NCBI GenBank assembly: GCA_963753035.1
Contig: CAVWAW010000026.1
Span: 2,838 to 66,837, forward strand
Source: an uncultured Acidobacteriota bacterium
GTDB lineage: Bacteria; Acidobacteriota; Thermoanaerobaculia; Thermoanaerobaculales; Sulfomarinibacteraceae
Direction: 5' to 3'
DNA length: 64,000 bases
A model generated the notes under the pieces. It saw only the letters and a program-made list of their open reading frames with translations. It had not been told where the DNA came from and made no database searches. This document shows positions 39,593 through 48,905 of the stretch, in pieces (position 1 is the stretch's first letter; each line of letters starts with the position of its first letter). Both the position numbers and the translations under genes were made by a program.

Positions 39593-42264
39593 ATGACGGA
39601 AAGAAAGAAGCTCTACCTCATCGACGGGCCGAACATCGCGTTCCGGGCGTTCTTCGCCATCGGCGGGATGACCAACTCCGCCGGGCTGCCCACCAACGCC
39701 CTCTTCGGCTTCACCAACATGCTGCTCAAGCTCATCCGCGACGAGCGCCCCGACTACCTGGCCATCACCTGGGATCCCAAGGGCGGCTCGTTCCGCGAGC
39801 GTGAGTTCCCCGACTACAAGGGAACCCGACCCGATATGCCGGAAGCCCTCCGCACCCAGATGCCCCACTTCTCACGCGTCGCCGAGGCCTTCGACATGCC
39901 CTTCCTCTGCATCGACGACTTCGAGGCCGACGATGTCATGGGCACCCTCGCCCGCCGTCACGAAGACGAACTCGACGTCGTTCTCGTCACCTCGGACAAG
40001 GACCTCATGCAGCTCGTCACCGACAACGTCACCCTCCTCGACACCATGAAGGACCGCCGGATCTCGTTTCCTGAGGTCGAGGAGAAATTCGGCTGCCCAC
40101 CCGAGCTCGTCCCCGACGCCCTCGGGATCTGGGGCGACTCGTCGGACAACATCCCCGGTGTCAAGGGCATCGGAGAAAAGGGCGCCAAGGCGCTCCTGGC
40201 CAAATGGAAGGGCCTCGACGAGATCTACGCCCACATCGACGAGGTGACACCGCCCGGCGCCAAGGCCAAGCTCGAACGCGACCGTGAGCAGGCCTTCCTC
40301 TCGCGCGACCTCGCCACCATCCGCGACGACGCCCCGGTCGAGGTCGCCCTCGATCAACTCGCCCTGGTCTGGCCGCCCGACGAGGACCGGGCACGCGATC
40401 TCTTCACCGAGTTCGAGTTCCGCGGTCTGCTGCGCGAGTTCGGCGGTGAGATGACCAGCATCGACCGCAGCAAGTACCGGCTCGTCACCGACGACGACGA
40501 GTTGGCGGAGCTGGTGACGTTTCTCGAGGGCGTGCCGCGCTTCGCCCTCGACACCGAGACCACATCGCTGGATTCCATGCGCGCCGAACTCGTCGGGCTC
40601 TCGTTCTGCGCCGATGACGAGGTCGCCTGGTATGTTCCCGTGGCCCACGCGGTGCTCGAGCCCCAGCTCGACTGGGCGACGGTGCGACCCGCCCTCGCTG
40701 CGCGTCCTCACCGATCCCGCCAAGGGCAAGACCGGTCAGAACCTCAAGTACGACCTCGAGGTCCTCGCCAACCACGGGGTCGAGCTCGCCGGAATCGACG
40801 GCGACACGCTGCTCGCCGACTATCTCCTCAACCCCGACCGCCGTTCACACAAGCTCGACGATCTCGCGCTGGTCTATCTCAACCACAAGATGATCTCCTT
40901 CGCCGACGCGGTCGGCAAGGGCGGGACCTTCGACTCAGGTGCCCCTGGACACGGCCCGCGACTACGCCGCCGAGGATGCCCACGTCACCTGGCTGCTCGA
41001 CAACAAGCTCCATCGAGCGGCTCGAGGAAGAGGACCTCGACGAGCTCTACCGCGACCTCGAGCTGCCCCTGATGCCGGTGCTGGCGCGGATGGAGATGAA
41101 CGGCATCGCGGTGGATGTCGCCGCCCTCGCCGAGCTCTCGATCGAGCTCGAGACCGGGATCGCCGAAGCCGAGACAACGGTGCTTCGAGGCCGCCGGACG
41201 CGAGTTCAACATCGGTTCGGTCAAACAGCTCCGGGAGGTTCTCTTCGAGGAGCTGGGGCTGCCGGTGATCAAGACGACCAAGACCGGGGCCTCGACCAAC
41301 GAACAGGTCCTCACCGAGCTGGCCGATCCAGCACCCGCTGCCCCGCGCCATCCTCGACTACCGGTCGCTGGTCAAGCTCAAGAACACCTATGTCGATCCC
41401 CTGCCCGAGCTCGTCCACCCCGAGACCGGCCGGATCCACACCTCGTACTCACAGACGACGGCCGCCACCGGGCGGCTGTCCTCCACCGATCCCAATCTGC
41501 AGAACATCCCGATCCGAACCCCCGAAGGACGGCGAATCCGGCGGGCCTTCGTCGCGCCCCCGGGACGGGTGCTCGTCGGCGCCGACTACTCGCAGGTCGA
41601 GCTGCGGATCCTCGCCCACCTCTGCGGCGGAATCGGCGGTTTCGCCGATGCCTTCGCCGCCGGCGCCGATGTCCACTCGGAGACCGCCGCGGGGCTCTTC
41701 GAGATCCCGCCGGAGGAGATCGACCGGCAGCAGCGGACCATCGCCAAGGCGGTCAACTTCGGCATCGTCTACGGTCAGAGCGCCTTCGGTCTCGTCCCAG
41801 CAGCTGCGGATTCCGCGCAGCGAGGCCAACACGCTACATCAAACGCTTCAAGGAGCGCTTCCCCGAGATCGAGGAGTACCGCGAACGAACCCTCGCCGGA
41901 GCGGCGGAGACCGGCTACGTGGAGACCCTCCTCGGTCGCAAACGACCGGTGCCCGATCTGAGATCGGGCAACTTCAACGCCCGCGCCGCCGCCGAGCGCG
42001 TCGCCATCAACACCCCGGTCCAGGGCTCGGCCGCCGATCTCATCAAGAAGGCCATGCTCACCGTCGATGCCCGACTCCGCGCCGAGTTCCCCGGCCAGCT
42101 GCATGCTGCTCCAGGTCCACGATGAACTGCTGCTCGAGGTCGACGAGGATCAGGCCGATGCCGTCGGCGAGATGGTCCGCGAGGAGATGATCGGCGCCAT
42201 CGAACTCTCGGTCCCGCTCGTCGTCGATCTCGGAGTCGGCAAGAACTGGGATGAGGCGCACTAG
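39593..42264 (+). CDS. polA: DNA polymerase I; reading frame broken 8 times as sequenced
   Basis: 5'-nuclease LYLIDGPNIAFRAFFA, GIWGDSSDNIPGVKGIGEKGA. 3'-5' exo ALDTETTSL, GQNLKYD. Polymerase motifs DYSQVELRILAH (A), RTIAKAVNFGIVYGQSAFGL (B), LQVHDELLLEV (C). The pieces cycle through frames 2-0-1-2-0-1-2-0-1. Confidence 0.9.
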
Positions 42265-42265
42265 G

Positions 42266-42475
42266 ATAATTATGAATTTTGAATGATGAATTTTGAATTG
42301 CGGACCTCGTCCTCGAGCGCCAATGGACTATCGTACGAGGTGTGGACTGCTCGAGCAGCTCTGAAGGGCAGGCTGGAAGCCCATCCCACAATTCATCACA
42401 TCGTTTTTTGAAGAACCCGTGGTCGCTGCGATGGTGCGATGTAATTCAAAATTCATAATTCATAATTCATAATTA
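42266..42475. repeat. heptad-armed inverted-repeat element, copy B
   Basis: Left arm ATAATTATGAATTTTGAATGATGAATTTTGAATT, right arm AATTCAAAATTCATAATTCATAATTCATAATTA. The core is homologous to copy A and ends GCTGCGATGGTGCGATGT. It fills the whole gap between the polA and NUDIX stops. Confidence 0.85.
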
Positions 42476-43093
42476 CTATCTCGGGTCCATCCACCGCCCG
42501 CCTCCTTCTCTTCCTTCGAGCAGGGTGACGAGTTCGTCGACCATGCCGAAGGTGAGGCCCCAGATGACGTGGTCTTGATACCGATAGCACGGCAGATTGA
42601 CCGAGACCTCGCCGTGTTGCCAGGGGATGGTCGAACGGTTGCTGACCGGTCGAGGAGGAAGTCGAGGGGCACCCAGACCACATCGGCGACCTCGTGGTTG
42701 GGATCGAGGGTCGGGCGATCCTCGATGGAGAAGACATAGGGCTCGACGACCAGCGACAGCGGTCTGCCCCGCCCCACCGCTGCCACATCGGACAGCCGGC
42801 CGAGCAGGGTGCCGGCCTTCTCGAGATCGAGGCCGACCTCCTCCCGGGTCTCACGCACCGCCGCTGCCAACGAGTCGGCGTCGCGGTCTCTCCACCCGGC
42901 CCCCGGGAAAGGCCATGTGGCCGGACCACGGGTCCTTGGGATCTTCGGCCCGGTGGATGAAGAGCACCTCGACTCCGTCGCCGGCCTGGCGTACCACCGC
43001 CGCCACCGCCGCGACCTTGAGATCCTCGGTGCGATCGAGGAGACGCGGCTCGTGGGTCCCAGCGACCCGTCGGATATCGTCAATAGTCGGCAT
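42476..43093 (-). CDS. NUDIX hydrolase (CoA pyrophosphatase-like); 2 frame changes
   Basis: Nudix box GGRVE(R)DRDADSLAAAVRETREEVGL. The N-terminus is in ORF 42851-43093. The C-terminal ...VIWGLTFGMVDELVTLLEGR is read in a third frame, with stop TAG at 42476-42478. Confidence 0.75.
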
Positions 43094-43098
43094 CGGAG

Positions 43099-43994
43099 CT
43101 ATTGTCTCAGAACCTTTCCCTCTCGATCAGGCTCGTGCAGCACCGCCGCACGGACGAAGTTGATTCTGCTGAACTCGCCCTGGGTGAGGAACTCGAATCG
43201 TGCGGTCCCGGCGGTGGCCGTTGCCGGAAGACCTGGTGGACGATCTCGCGATCCGGCATCCCCCTGCCGTGGAGCTCCACGGCCTGGGCCGCCGCGGCCT
43301 CGACCTGGTCAGCCTTGGCGCGAAGCCGCGGCGAGGGGTTCTCCACGACCGAGCCCGTGACCGGTCAGCATCAACCGCGGTTCGACCGCCGCCACCCGTC
43401 GAAGCGACTCGACGAGATCATAGGGGTTTTCCTGGGTCATCACGGCCGATGCTCCGGGTGCGATGAACAGATCGCCGGTGAAGACCGTGCCCGTCGCCTC
43501 CTCCCACAGCGCCACGTGGGTGATCGAGTGGCCGGGCGCCGGCAGGGCGCGAAGCGATCGCTCCGAGCCGCGAATCTCGTCCGGCATCTCCTCGGCATCG
43601 AGACCAGCCCGGTGATCCCCAAAACCATGCCGGTAGGGCTTGAGCCGGCGAACTCCCTCGCCCCACCGCAAGCCCCTGGTTTCTCGGATAAGACGGGACA
43701 CCGGTGCCGCTCGGCCAGCGGCTGACAGTTGCCGGTGTGATCCTCGTGGTTGTGGGTGAGACAGATGGCACTGATTTCACGCCCGTCGAGGGCGCTCAGC
43801 AGCTGCCGCCGAACATGGGCGAATCCGGTGTCAACAAGCAGATCATCCACGAGATAGGCGGACACCTCGAAACCGAGCATCCGCGCCCACCGGCTCGTGA
43901 TCCGAATGCGAATGATGCCCTCACCCACCTCGTCGGTCCAGACTCGGGCGTTCTGAATCGACTTCCAGACTCGGCTCGGTGTAGCTTGCCGCAC
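43099..43994 (-). CDS. MBL-fold metallo-hydrolase; ~3 frame changes
   Basis: LVDTGFAH...ICLTHNHEDHTGN (HxHxDH motif) in ORF 43440-43994. ...GHSITHVALWEEATGTVFTGD is in ORF 43309-43701. The stop (43099-43101) lies 5 nt before the NUDIX start, so this is probably an operon. Confidence 0.75.
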
Positions 43995-44074
43995 CTTGGC
44001 ATTCTACTGTGGCCGACCCGATTTGTTCCGGCAGGATCTGGATCTCAACCCCAATTCCGGATTATGATTCGAAT

Positions 44075-44550
44075 ATGAACATCGTCAAACCACACCGTGT
44101 GACCCGGACCTACACCCAACACCTCAATGCCCCGCCCGATCAGGTCTTTCCCCTGCTCTGTCCGGTGCGGGAGTCGGAATGGGTCAACGGCTGGCATCCG
44201 CGACTGGTGGCGACGATTCGGGCTTCGCCGAACTCGACTGCGTTTTCGTCACCGCCGCCGGTCCGCAGGAGGCGATCTGGATGATCAGCCGATCACGAAC
44301 CCGAGGACCACCACATCGAGATCGTCAAGGTCATCCCGGGCATCGTCGTCGGGAAGAATCGTGATCCAGCTCGAGGCGGCTGCCGGGAGGGTCCACGGCC
44401 GAGATCAGCTACAGCTTCACCGCCCTCGGACCCGACGGCGACCGGGTGGTGAACGAATTCACCCAGGAGCACTTCGACGAGTTCATGCTGACCTGGGAGA
44501 CCGAACTCAACCATTTCATCGCCACCGGTGAACGGCTGACCAAGAACTGA
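44075..44550 (+). CDS. SRPBCC (START/polyketide-cyclase-like) family protein; ~3 frame changes
   Basis: MNIVKPHRVTRTYTQHLNAPPDQVFPLLCPVRESEWVNGW, ...ISYSFTALGPDGDRVVNEFTQEHFDEFMLTWETELNHFIATGERL. The family assignment rests on pattern only. Confidence 0.5.
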
Positions 44551-44603
44551 CCAGCTCGATCCCAATCGGGACTCGGTTCCGAATCGAGCAAAGGAGACAC
44601 GGT

Positions 44604-44964
44604 TTGACCCCCAACGTGTTTGTTCTCGCCCTCTTCGGCATCCTCGTCGGCATCGGCGCGGCCTTCACCGGTCTCGGCGGCGGTTTCCTCGTGGTTCCCT
44701 TCCTGCTCTATCTCGGGTATCCGGCGCAGAAAGCGGTGGGAACCTCGTTCGTCACCATCCTCGTGGTCGGCGCTGTCGGCGCTCTTCGCCCACAACAAGC
44801 TCGCCAACGTCGATCTCAGGGTCGGGCTCCTCCTCGGGGTCGGCGGCATCATCGGCGCCCAGGTCGGCGCCCGACTGGTCGAGCACGTCTCCACGGCTCA
44901 GTTCCGCAAGGTCTTCGCGGTCATCCTCATCGGTCTGGCGGCGTTTCTCTTTTTCAAGAAATGA
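44604..44964 (+). CDS. half-size TauE/SafE (TSUP, DUF81) family membrane protein; 1 frame change
   Basis: GILVGIGAAFTGLGGGFLVVPFLLYLGYPAQKAVGTS... then ...GLLLGVGGIIGAQVGARL...FAVILIGLAAFLFF. TTG start. Confidence 0.6.
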
Positions 44965-44982
44965 CCTGGCGTGAGTTCTCAC

Positions 44983-45363
44983 TCAGATTTCGTAAAGAGC
45001 AGCGACCGCACCCGCGGGATCCTTGACGACGCAGAATCGCCCCTCGCCGAGGGTTCGCGGGCCAACAACCACCTCGCCGCCGAGTTCGCTGCAGTGTGCG
45101 ATGCTCTCGTCGAGATCGGCGACAGCGAAGTACGGCATCCACGCCGGCGGCATGTCCTCGTTGACGCCCCGCGCATGGCACACCCCGGTGATGGTGGTCC
45201 CGCTGTCCGGCGTGTTCATGGAGAAGTCGGAATAGCCCCCCATGTCCACTTCTTCGGACGTCCACCCCACCACCGCGCTGTAGAAATCGCGGACGGTCTC
45301 CGCGTTGTCAACGGTCAGATCGATCCACACCATGGATCCGATTTCCGGTTGTTCGTTGCTCAC
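44983..45363 (-). CDS. VOC (glyoxalase/bleomycin-resistance fold) family protein
   Basis: Intact 126 aa. MVWIDLTVDNAETVRDFYSAVVGW...WMPYFAVADLDESIAHCSELGGEVV...FCVVKDPAGAVAALY. Confidence 0.8.
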   Translation of the reverse strand: MSNEQPEIGSMVWIDLTVDNAETVRDFYSAVVGWTSEEVDMGGYSDFSMNTPDSGTTITGVCHARGVNEDMPPAWMPYFAVADLDESIAHCSELGGEVVVGPRTLGEGRFCVVKDPAGAVAALYEI

Positions 45364-45519
45364 GCTGCCTCCTTTTCCGCTGGTATTGAAGACCGCTTGT
45401 TCTCTCCAGGTATTCCGAATCGAGGAGATACCACGCTTTTCGGTCGAGTTCGTGGCTGAAGCCGATGCTCGACAAGCCGCCCTTCTGATCTATCATCGTC
45501 TCAAGAACGGAGGTCGATC

Positions 45520-46153
45520 ATGACGGAGTCCGCACAACAGGCCATGAGCATTCTTCGCGACGGATCGCAATTCAGCTGGTATGTCATTCCCCTCTTCGCC
45601 TTCGTCGTCTATGTCTATGCCAACGAGATCGAACGCCGCAACTGGAACCTCGTCCTCGCCGGGCTCGCCTTCTGGGGGATGGACTGGTTCAACGAGATCT
45701 GGAACTCGATCTTCTTCCACCTCAACGGCACCGCACCCATGTGGGGCGCGCCAGGGGACACCGCCTATCTCATCATGATTGGTCTCAACATCGAGATCAT
45801 GTTCATGTTCTCCATCGCCGGGATCGCGTTCTGCAAGATGCTGCCGGCGGACCCGAAGATGAAGATCCTCGGGGTCCCCAACCGGATCTTCCTCGCCGTC
45901 GCCAACTCGATCTTCTGCGTCATCGTCGAGATCTGGCTCAATTCGGTCAACGCCCTGACCTGGGACTGGTCATTCTGGAACGCCGGCACTCCATGGCTCA
46001 TCATCGTCTTCGGCTATCTCCATTTCTTCCTCGTCTCCTACTGGGTCTATCGACATGAAGACCATGCGTTCGAAGTTGATCACCGTCGGCGCCATCTGGG
46101 CCGTCGATGCGGTAGCCGTCCTGGTCTTTGGAGTCACTCTCGGCTGGCTCTAG
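45520..46153 (+). CDS. hypothetical Trp-rich multi-pass membrane protein; 1 frame change near 46050
   Basis: About 6 hydrophobic segments (YVIPLFAFVVYVYA, LVLAGLAFWGMDWF, YLIMIGLNIEIMFMFSIAGIAF, IFLAVANSIFCVIVEIWL, WLIIVFGYLHFFLVSYWVY, VGAIWAVDAVAVLVFGVTLGWL). I recognise no family. Confidence 0.55.
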
Positions 46154-46285
46154 GGACGCCTCTTTCGGATTGCGGTACCGAACCCGTTTCCTTCCACGAT
46201 GTACCCGTGCGGTGCCAGGCAGCTCTACCACGCGATTTCGAGGATGAGAGGACGAGGCGCGTCCCAGAATAGTGTAAGAGACCCT

Positions 46286-46967
46286 CCAACGGGGTGCCGG
46301 GCATGGCTTTGTGCCGGAAGAACCTCGCGGCGACGCGTCCCGCCCCGCACAAGGTCCATGCCGGGCTCCCTCGGGGAGCGCGATGCGGTCTGTTCTCCCG
46401 GCTACGAAGCAGGCCGCCGGCGCGCCATCGGCGTGGTCGCAGCCCTCTCAATCAACCCACGCGCGACCACGCCGATGGTGCGACGCTGGGTCGCCGGGAC
46501 GCCAATGCGTCACAGCGGCCCAGAAGGCCGGTGTCGAAGGAAAGTCCCGCCACAGCAACCGGAAATCCCGCCAATCCCAAACTCTCCGCACTCTCTCGGA
46601 AACGCCCAACCAACTTCAACAATACTGACGGACAGGCTGGAAGCCCGCCCCCACAATATCCGCCCAACCTGGTGTGGAACCGACACCGAGGCCGACCAGG
46701 ACACGCGAAAAACCGCGCCCCAACGGGGTGCCGGGCATGGCTTTGTGCCGGAAGAACCTCGCGGCGACGCATCCCGCCCCGCACAAGGTCCATGCCGGGC
46801 TCCCTCGGGGAGCGCGATGCGGTCTGTTCTCCCGGCTACGAAGCAGGCCGCCGGCGCGCCATCGGCGTGGTCGCAGCCCTCTCAATCAACCCACGCGCGA
46901 CCACGCCGATGGTGCGACGCTGGGTCGCCGGGACGCCAATGCGTCACAGCGGCCCAGAAGGCCGGTG
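46286..46967. repeat. 1.6 tandem copies of a 433-bp non-coding unit (248-bp module X at 46286-46533 and 46719-46967; 185-bp module Y between)
   Basis: The two X copies differ at a single position that I could find (GCGTCC vs GCATCC). X contains a perfect 15-bp stem, CATCGGCGTGGTCGC ... GCGACCACGCCGATG. A diverged inverted copy lies at 63219-63467. Confidence 0.9.
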
Positions 46968-47026
46968 CTGAGGGCATGGTCCGCAACAACGGCAGAAACC
47001 TGGACAGGGGCCGTATCCGTTTCCAT

Positions 47027-47479
47027 GGGCGATGGAACCAACCCGCGTCGGTACACCAACATCGCCGGCGGGACGCCGGCGCTACAAACATCGCAGCGCC
47101 CCTTGTAGCGCCCACGTTTCGTGGGCGATAGAACCAACCCGCGTCGGTACACCACCATCGCCGGCGGGACGCCGGCGCTACAAACATCGCAGCGCCCTTT
47201 GTAGCGCCCCCGTCCCGGGGGCGATGGAACCAACCCGCATCGGTACACCACCATCGCCGGCGGGACGCCGGCGCTACAAACATCGCAGCGCCCTTTGTAG
47301 CGACCACGTCTCGTGGGCGATGGAACCAACCCGCGTCGGTACACCACCATCGCCGGCGGGACGCCGGCGCTACAAGCATCGCAGCGCCCTTTGTAGCGCC
47401 CCCGTCCCGGGGGCGATGGAACCAACCCGCGTCGGTACACCACCATCGCCGGCGGGACGCCGGCGCTACAAACATCGCA
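47027..47479. repeat. BIME-like tandem array: 4.7 copies of a ~96-bp unit made of two oppositely oriented REP hairpins
   Basis: Units start at 47027, 47123, 47218, 47315 and 47411. Each has ATCGCCGGCGGGACGCCGGCGCTACAA + ACATCGCAGCGCCC + TTGTAGCGCCC-hairpin-GGGCGATGG. The second hairpin alternates between two variants. Confidence 0.9.
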
Positions 47480-47685
47480 TTCTTGACCCGGACTCCCTCC
47501 AAGTCTGAACAAATATCACTCCTGAACGCTGCGATGGGTCAAAGAATGACTTGGCGGCGCCTTTGCGGCCTCCGCGGCTTTGCGGTTTCATTGTGCTCTC
47601 CAGCAGCCGATCGCGGTCCAACGAATTCCAGTGACGACGCGACCGTACGATGACCCGGTCGATAGGCTTTGCTATCGTCAAGACG

Positions 47686-48075
47686 ATGCAGAACGTTGTC
47701 AGTCAAACACTCCTGGTCGGTGCCGGCGGCTTTGTCGGCGCGGGGCTTCGCTTCCTGGTTTCCGGTTGGGTCTATCAACTCGTGCCCAACGCCGGTTTTC
47801 CTTGGGGCACCCTGGTCGTCAACGTGGTCGGATGCCTGCTTCTCGGGCTTTTGGGCGGTCTCGCCGAGGTCCGCGGCGTGCTTTCGGCCACGACCCGGCT
47901 CTTCCTCTTCATCGGTGTTCTTGGGGGATTCACAACCTTTTCCACCCTCGCATTCGAGACCGTGACCCTGGCTGCGGGGTCGCAGATGCTGCGCGCCGCC
48001 GCCAACGTCGCCGCCCATGTTTTTCTCGGACTCGCCGCCGCCTGGCTCGGGTTCAATCTGGCCAGATTGGTTTGA
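47686..48075 (+). CDS. crcB: fluoride ion channel CrcB
   Basis: Intact. LLVGAGGFVGAGLRF, FPWGTLVVNVVGCLLLG, GVLGGFTTFSTLAFE. About 129 aa from the internal ATG of ORF 47650-48075. Confidence 0.9.
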   Translation: MQNVVSQTLLVGAGGFVGAGLRFLVSGWVYQLVPNAGFPWGTLVVNVVGCLLLGLLGGLAEVRGVLSATTRLFLFIGVLGGFTTFSTLAFETVTLAAGSQMLRAAANVAAHVFLGLAAAWLGFNLARLV

Positions 48076-48083
48076 GGTGAATC

Positions 48084-48431
48084 ATGACCCTTCCTGAAGA
48101 CGGACATCTGCTGCGGATCTTCATCGGCGAGAGCGACCGCCACGAACGGACGACCCCTCTATCAGTGGATCGTCCGCGAGGCGCGGCGGGTCGGGCTGGC
48201 CGGGGCGACGGTGCTGCGCGGCATCGAGGGTTTCGGCGGCCGAAGCCGGCTCCACACGGCCAAGTTCCTCCGCCTCTCATCGGATCTTCCCGTCATCATC
48301 GAGATCGTCGACACCATCGACAAGATCGAGGCCTTTCTGCCGATCATCGACGAGGTCATCACGGGAGGTCTGGCCACGGTCGAGAAGGTCCAGATCCGTT
48401 TCTACCGCGGTGCGGAGGAGGAGACGAATGA
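48084..48431 (+). CDS. DUF190 domain protein (commonly partnered with crcB); 2 frame changes
   Basis: LLRIFIGESDRH then (shift) PLYQWIVREARRVGLAGATVLRGIEGFGG...LPVIIEIVDTIDKIEAFLP. The 3' end is taken at TGA 48429-48431, which forms an ATGA overlap with the next ORF. Confidence 0.7.
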   Translation: MTLPEDGHLLRIFIGESDRHERTTPLSVDRPRGAAGRAGRGDGAARHRGFRRPKPAPHGQVPPPLIGSSRHHRDRRHHRQDRGLSADHRRGHHGRSGHGREGPDPFLPRCGGGDE

Positions 48432-48598
48432 ACCTGCTGCTCCTCACCGCCGCAGTCCTGACCGTCGCAATCGGTGCCATTCGCCGGCGAACACTCATAC
48501 CTCGGCCGAACGCTACATCGATCCGTTCCCGAGCTCCTGAGGTCGCTCACCCCGATCTCCCGAAGCTCTTCGGCGACCGACTCTCTTCACCCGTCTGA
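48428..48598 (+). CDS. hypothetical small membrane protein (may extend further through frame changes)
   Basis: MNLLLLTAAVLTVAIGAI... begins in an ATGA overlap with the DUF190 gene. More TM-like segments appear in other frames up to ~48850. This is a weak call. Confidence 0.25.
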   Translation: MNLLLLTAAVLTVAIGAIRRRTLIPRPNATSIRSRAPEVAHPDLPKLFGDRLSSPV

Positions 48599-48905
48599 CC
48601 TCGGGTGTCGTCTTCGCCTCGGGTCATCTCACTGACCGTCGCCGTGGCTCGGTCTCGCTCGCGCGTTCTGCCTCGTCGTCGTCGCGGGAGGTCCTGCGTG
48701 ACCGGTGTTCAGTCAGTCGACCTCCCGCTCGGCCATCATCTTCGCCGTACGCCCAGATCCCTTCGTCATCAGCGCGGTCCTCGCCTTGGTCCTCACCCGC
48801 GCGCGACGACACCTCTCGTGGATCGTATTCACCATCATCTCAGACCCTCTGCCAATGCATCGCTCTTCTTTGAGCTCGGCCAACCCTAATATCAGGAGGA
48901 ACGAT

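Noticed and set aside
39593-42264. Programmed ribosomal frameshifting or mobile insertions as the cause of the broken polA
   Set aside because: Eight shifts with no slippery heptamers or shared context, and with the same phenomenon in many unrelated genes, point to consensus indel errors or decay rather than recoding.
42336-42377. 13-codon ORF (MDYRTRCGLLEQL) inside the core of repeat copy B
   Set aside because: The start codon and frame are not conserved in the homologous core of copy A (AAAGGACTG instead of AATGGACTA).
46534-46552. GAAGGAAAGTCCCGCC resembles the RNase P RNA CR-I box (GAGGAAAGTCCGGGC)
   Set aside because: Similarity is limited to ~9 nt, the other universally conserved RNase P regions are absent, and the second repeat copy lacks it.
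47027-47479. Regularly spaced repeats that a CRISPR finder might flag as an array
   Set aside because: The sequence between the 'repeats' is itself conserved from unit to unit, so there are no unique spacers. The units are REP hairpin pairs, and no cas genes are nearby.
46199-47512. Several 150-310-aa ORFs on both strands with repeated peptides (e.g. PAGRRRYKHRSA...)
   Set aside because: They are translations of the tandem and dispersed repeats. They are open in several frames and on both strands simultaneously, and they lack start context or domain content.
47520-47685. Expected fluoride riboswitch (crcB motif) upstream of crcB-DUF190
   Set aside because: I could not find the conserved core (GGCGATGG...AAACCGCC...CTGATGAT-CCTAC-like pseudoknot elements). 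The GCGATGG present is the ubiquitous repeat 9-mer. An Infernal scan with RF01734 would settle it.
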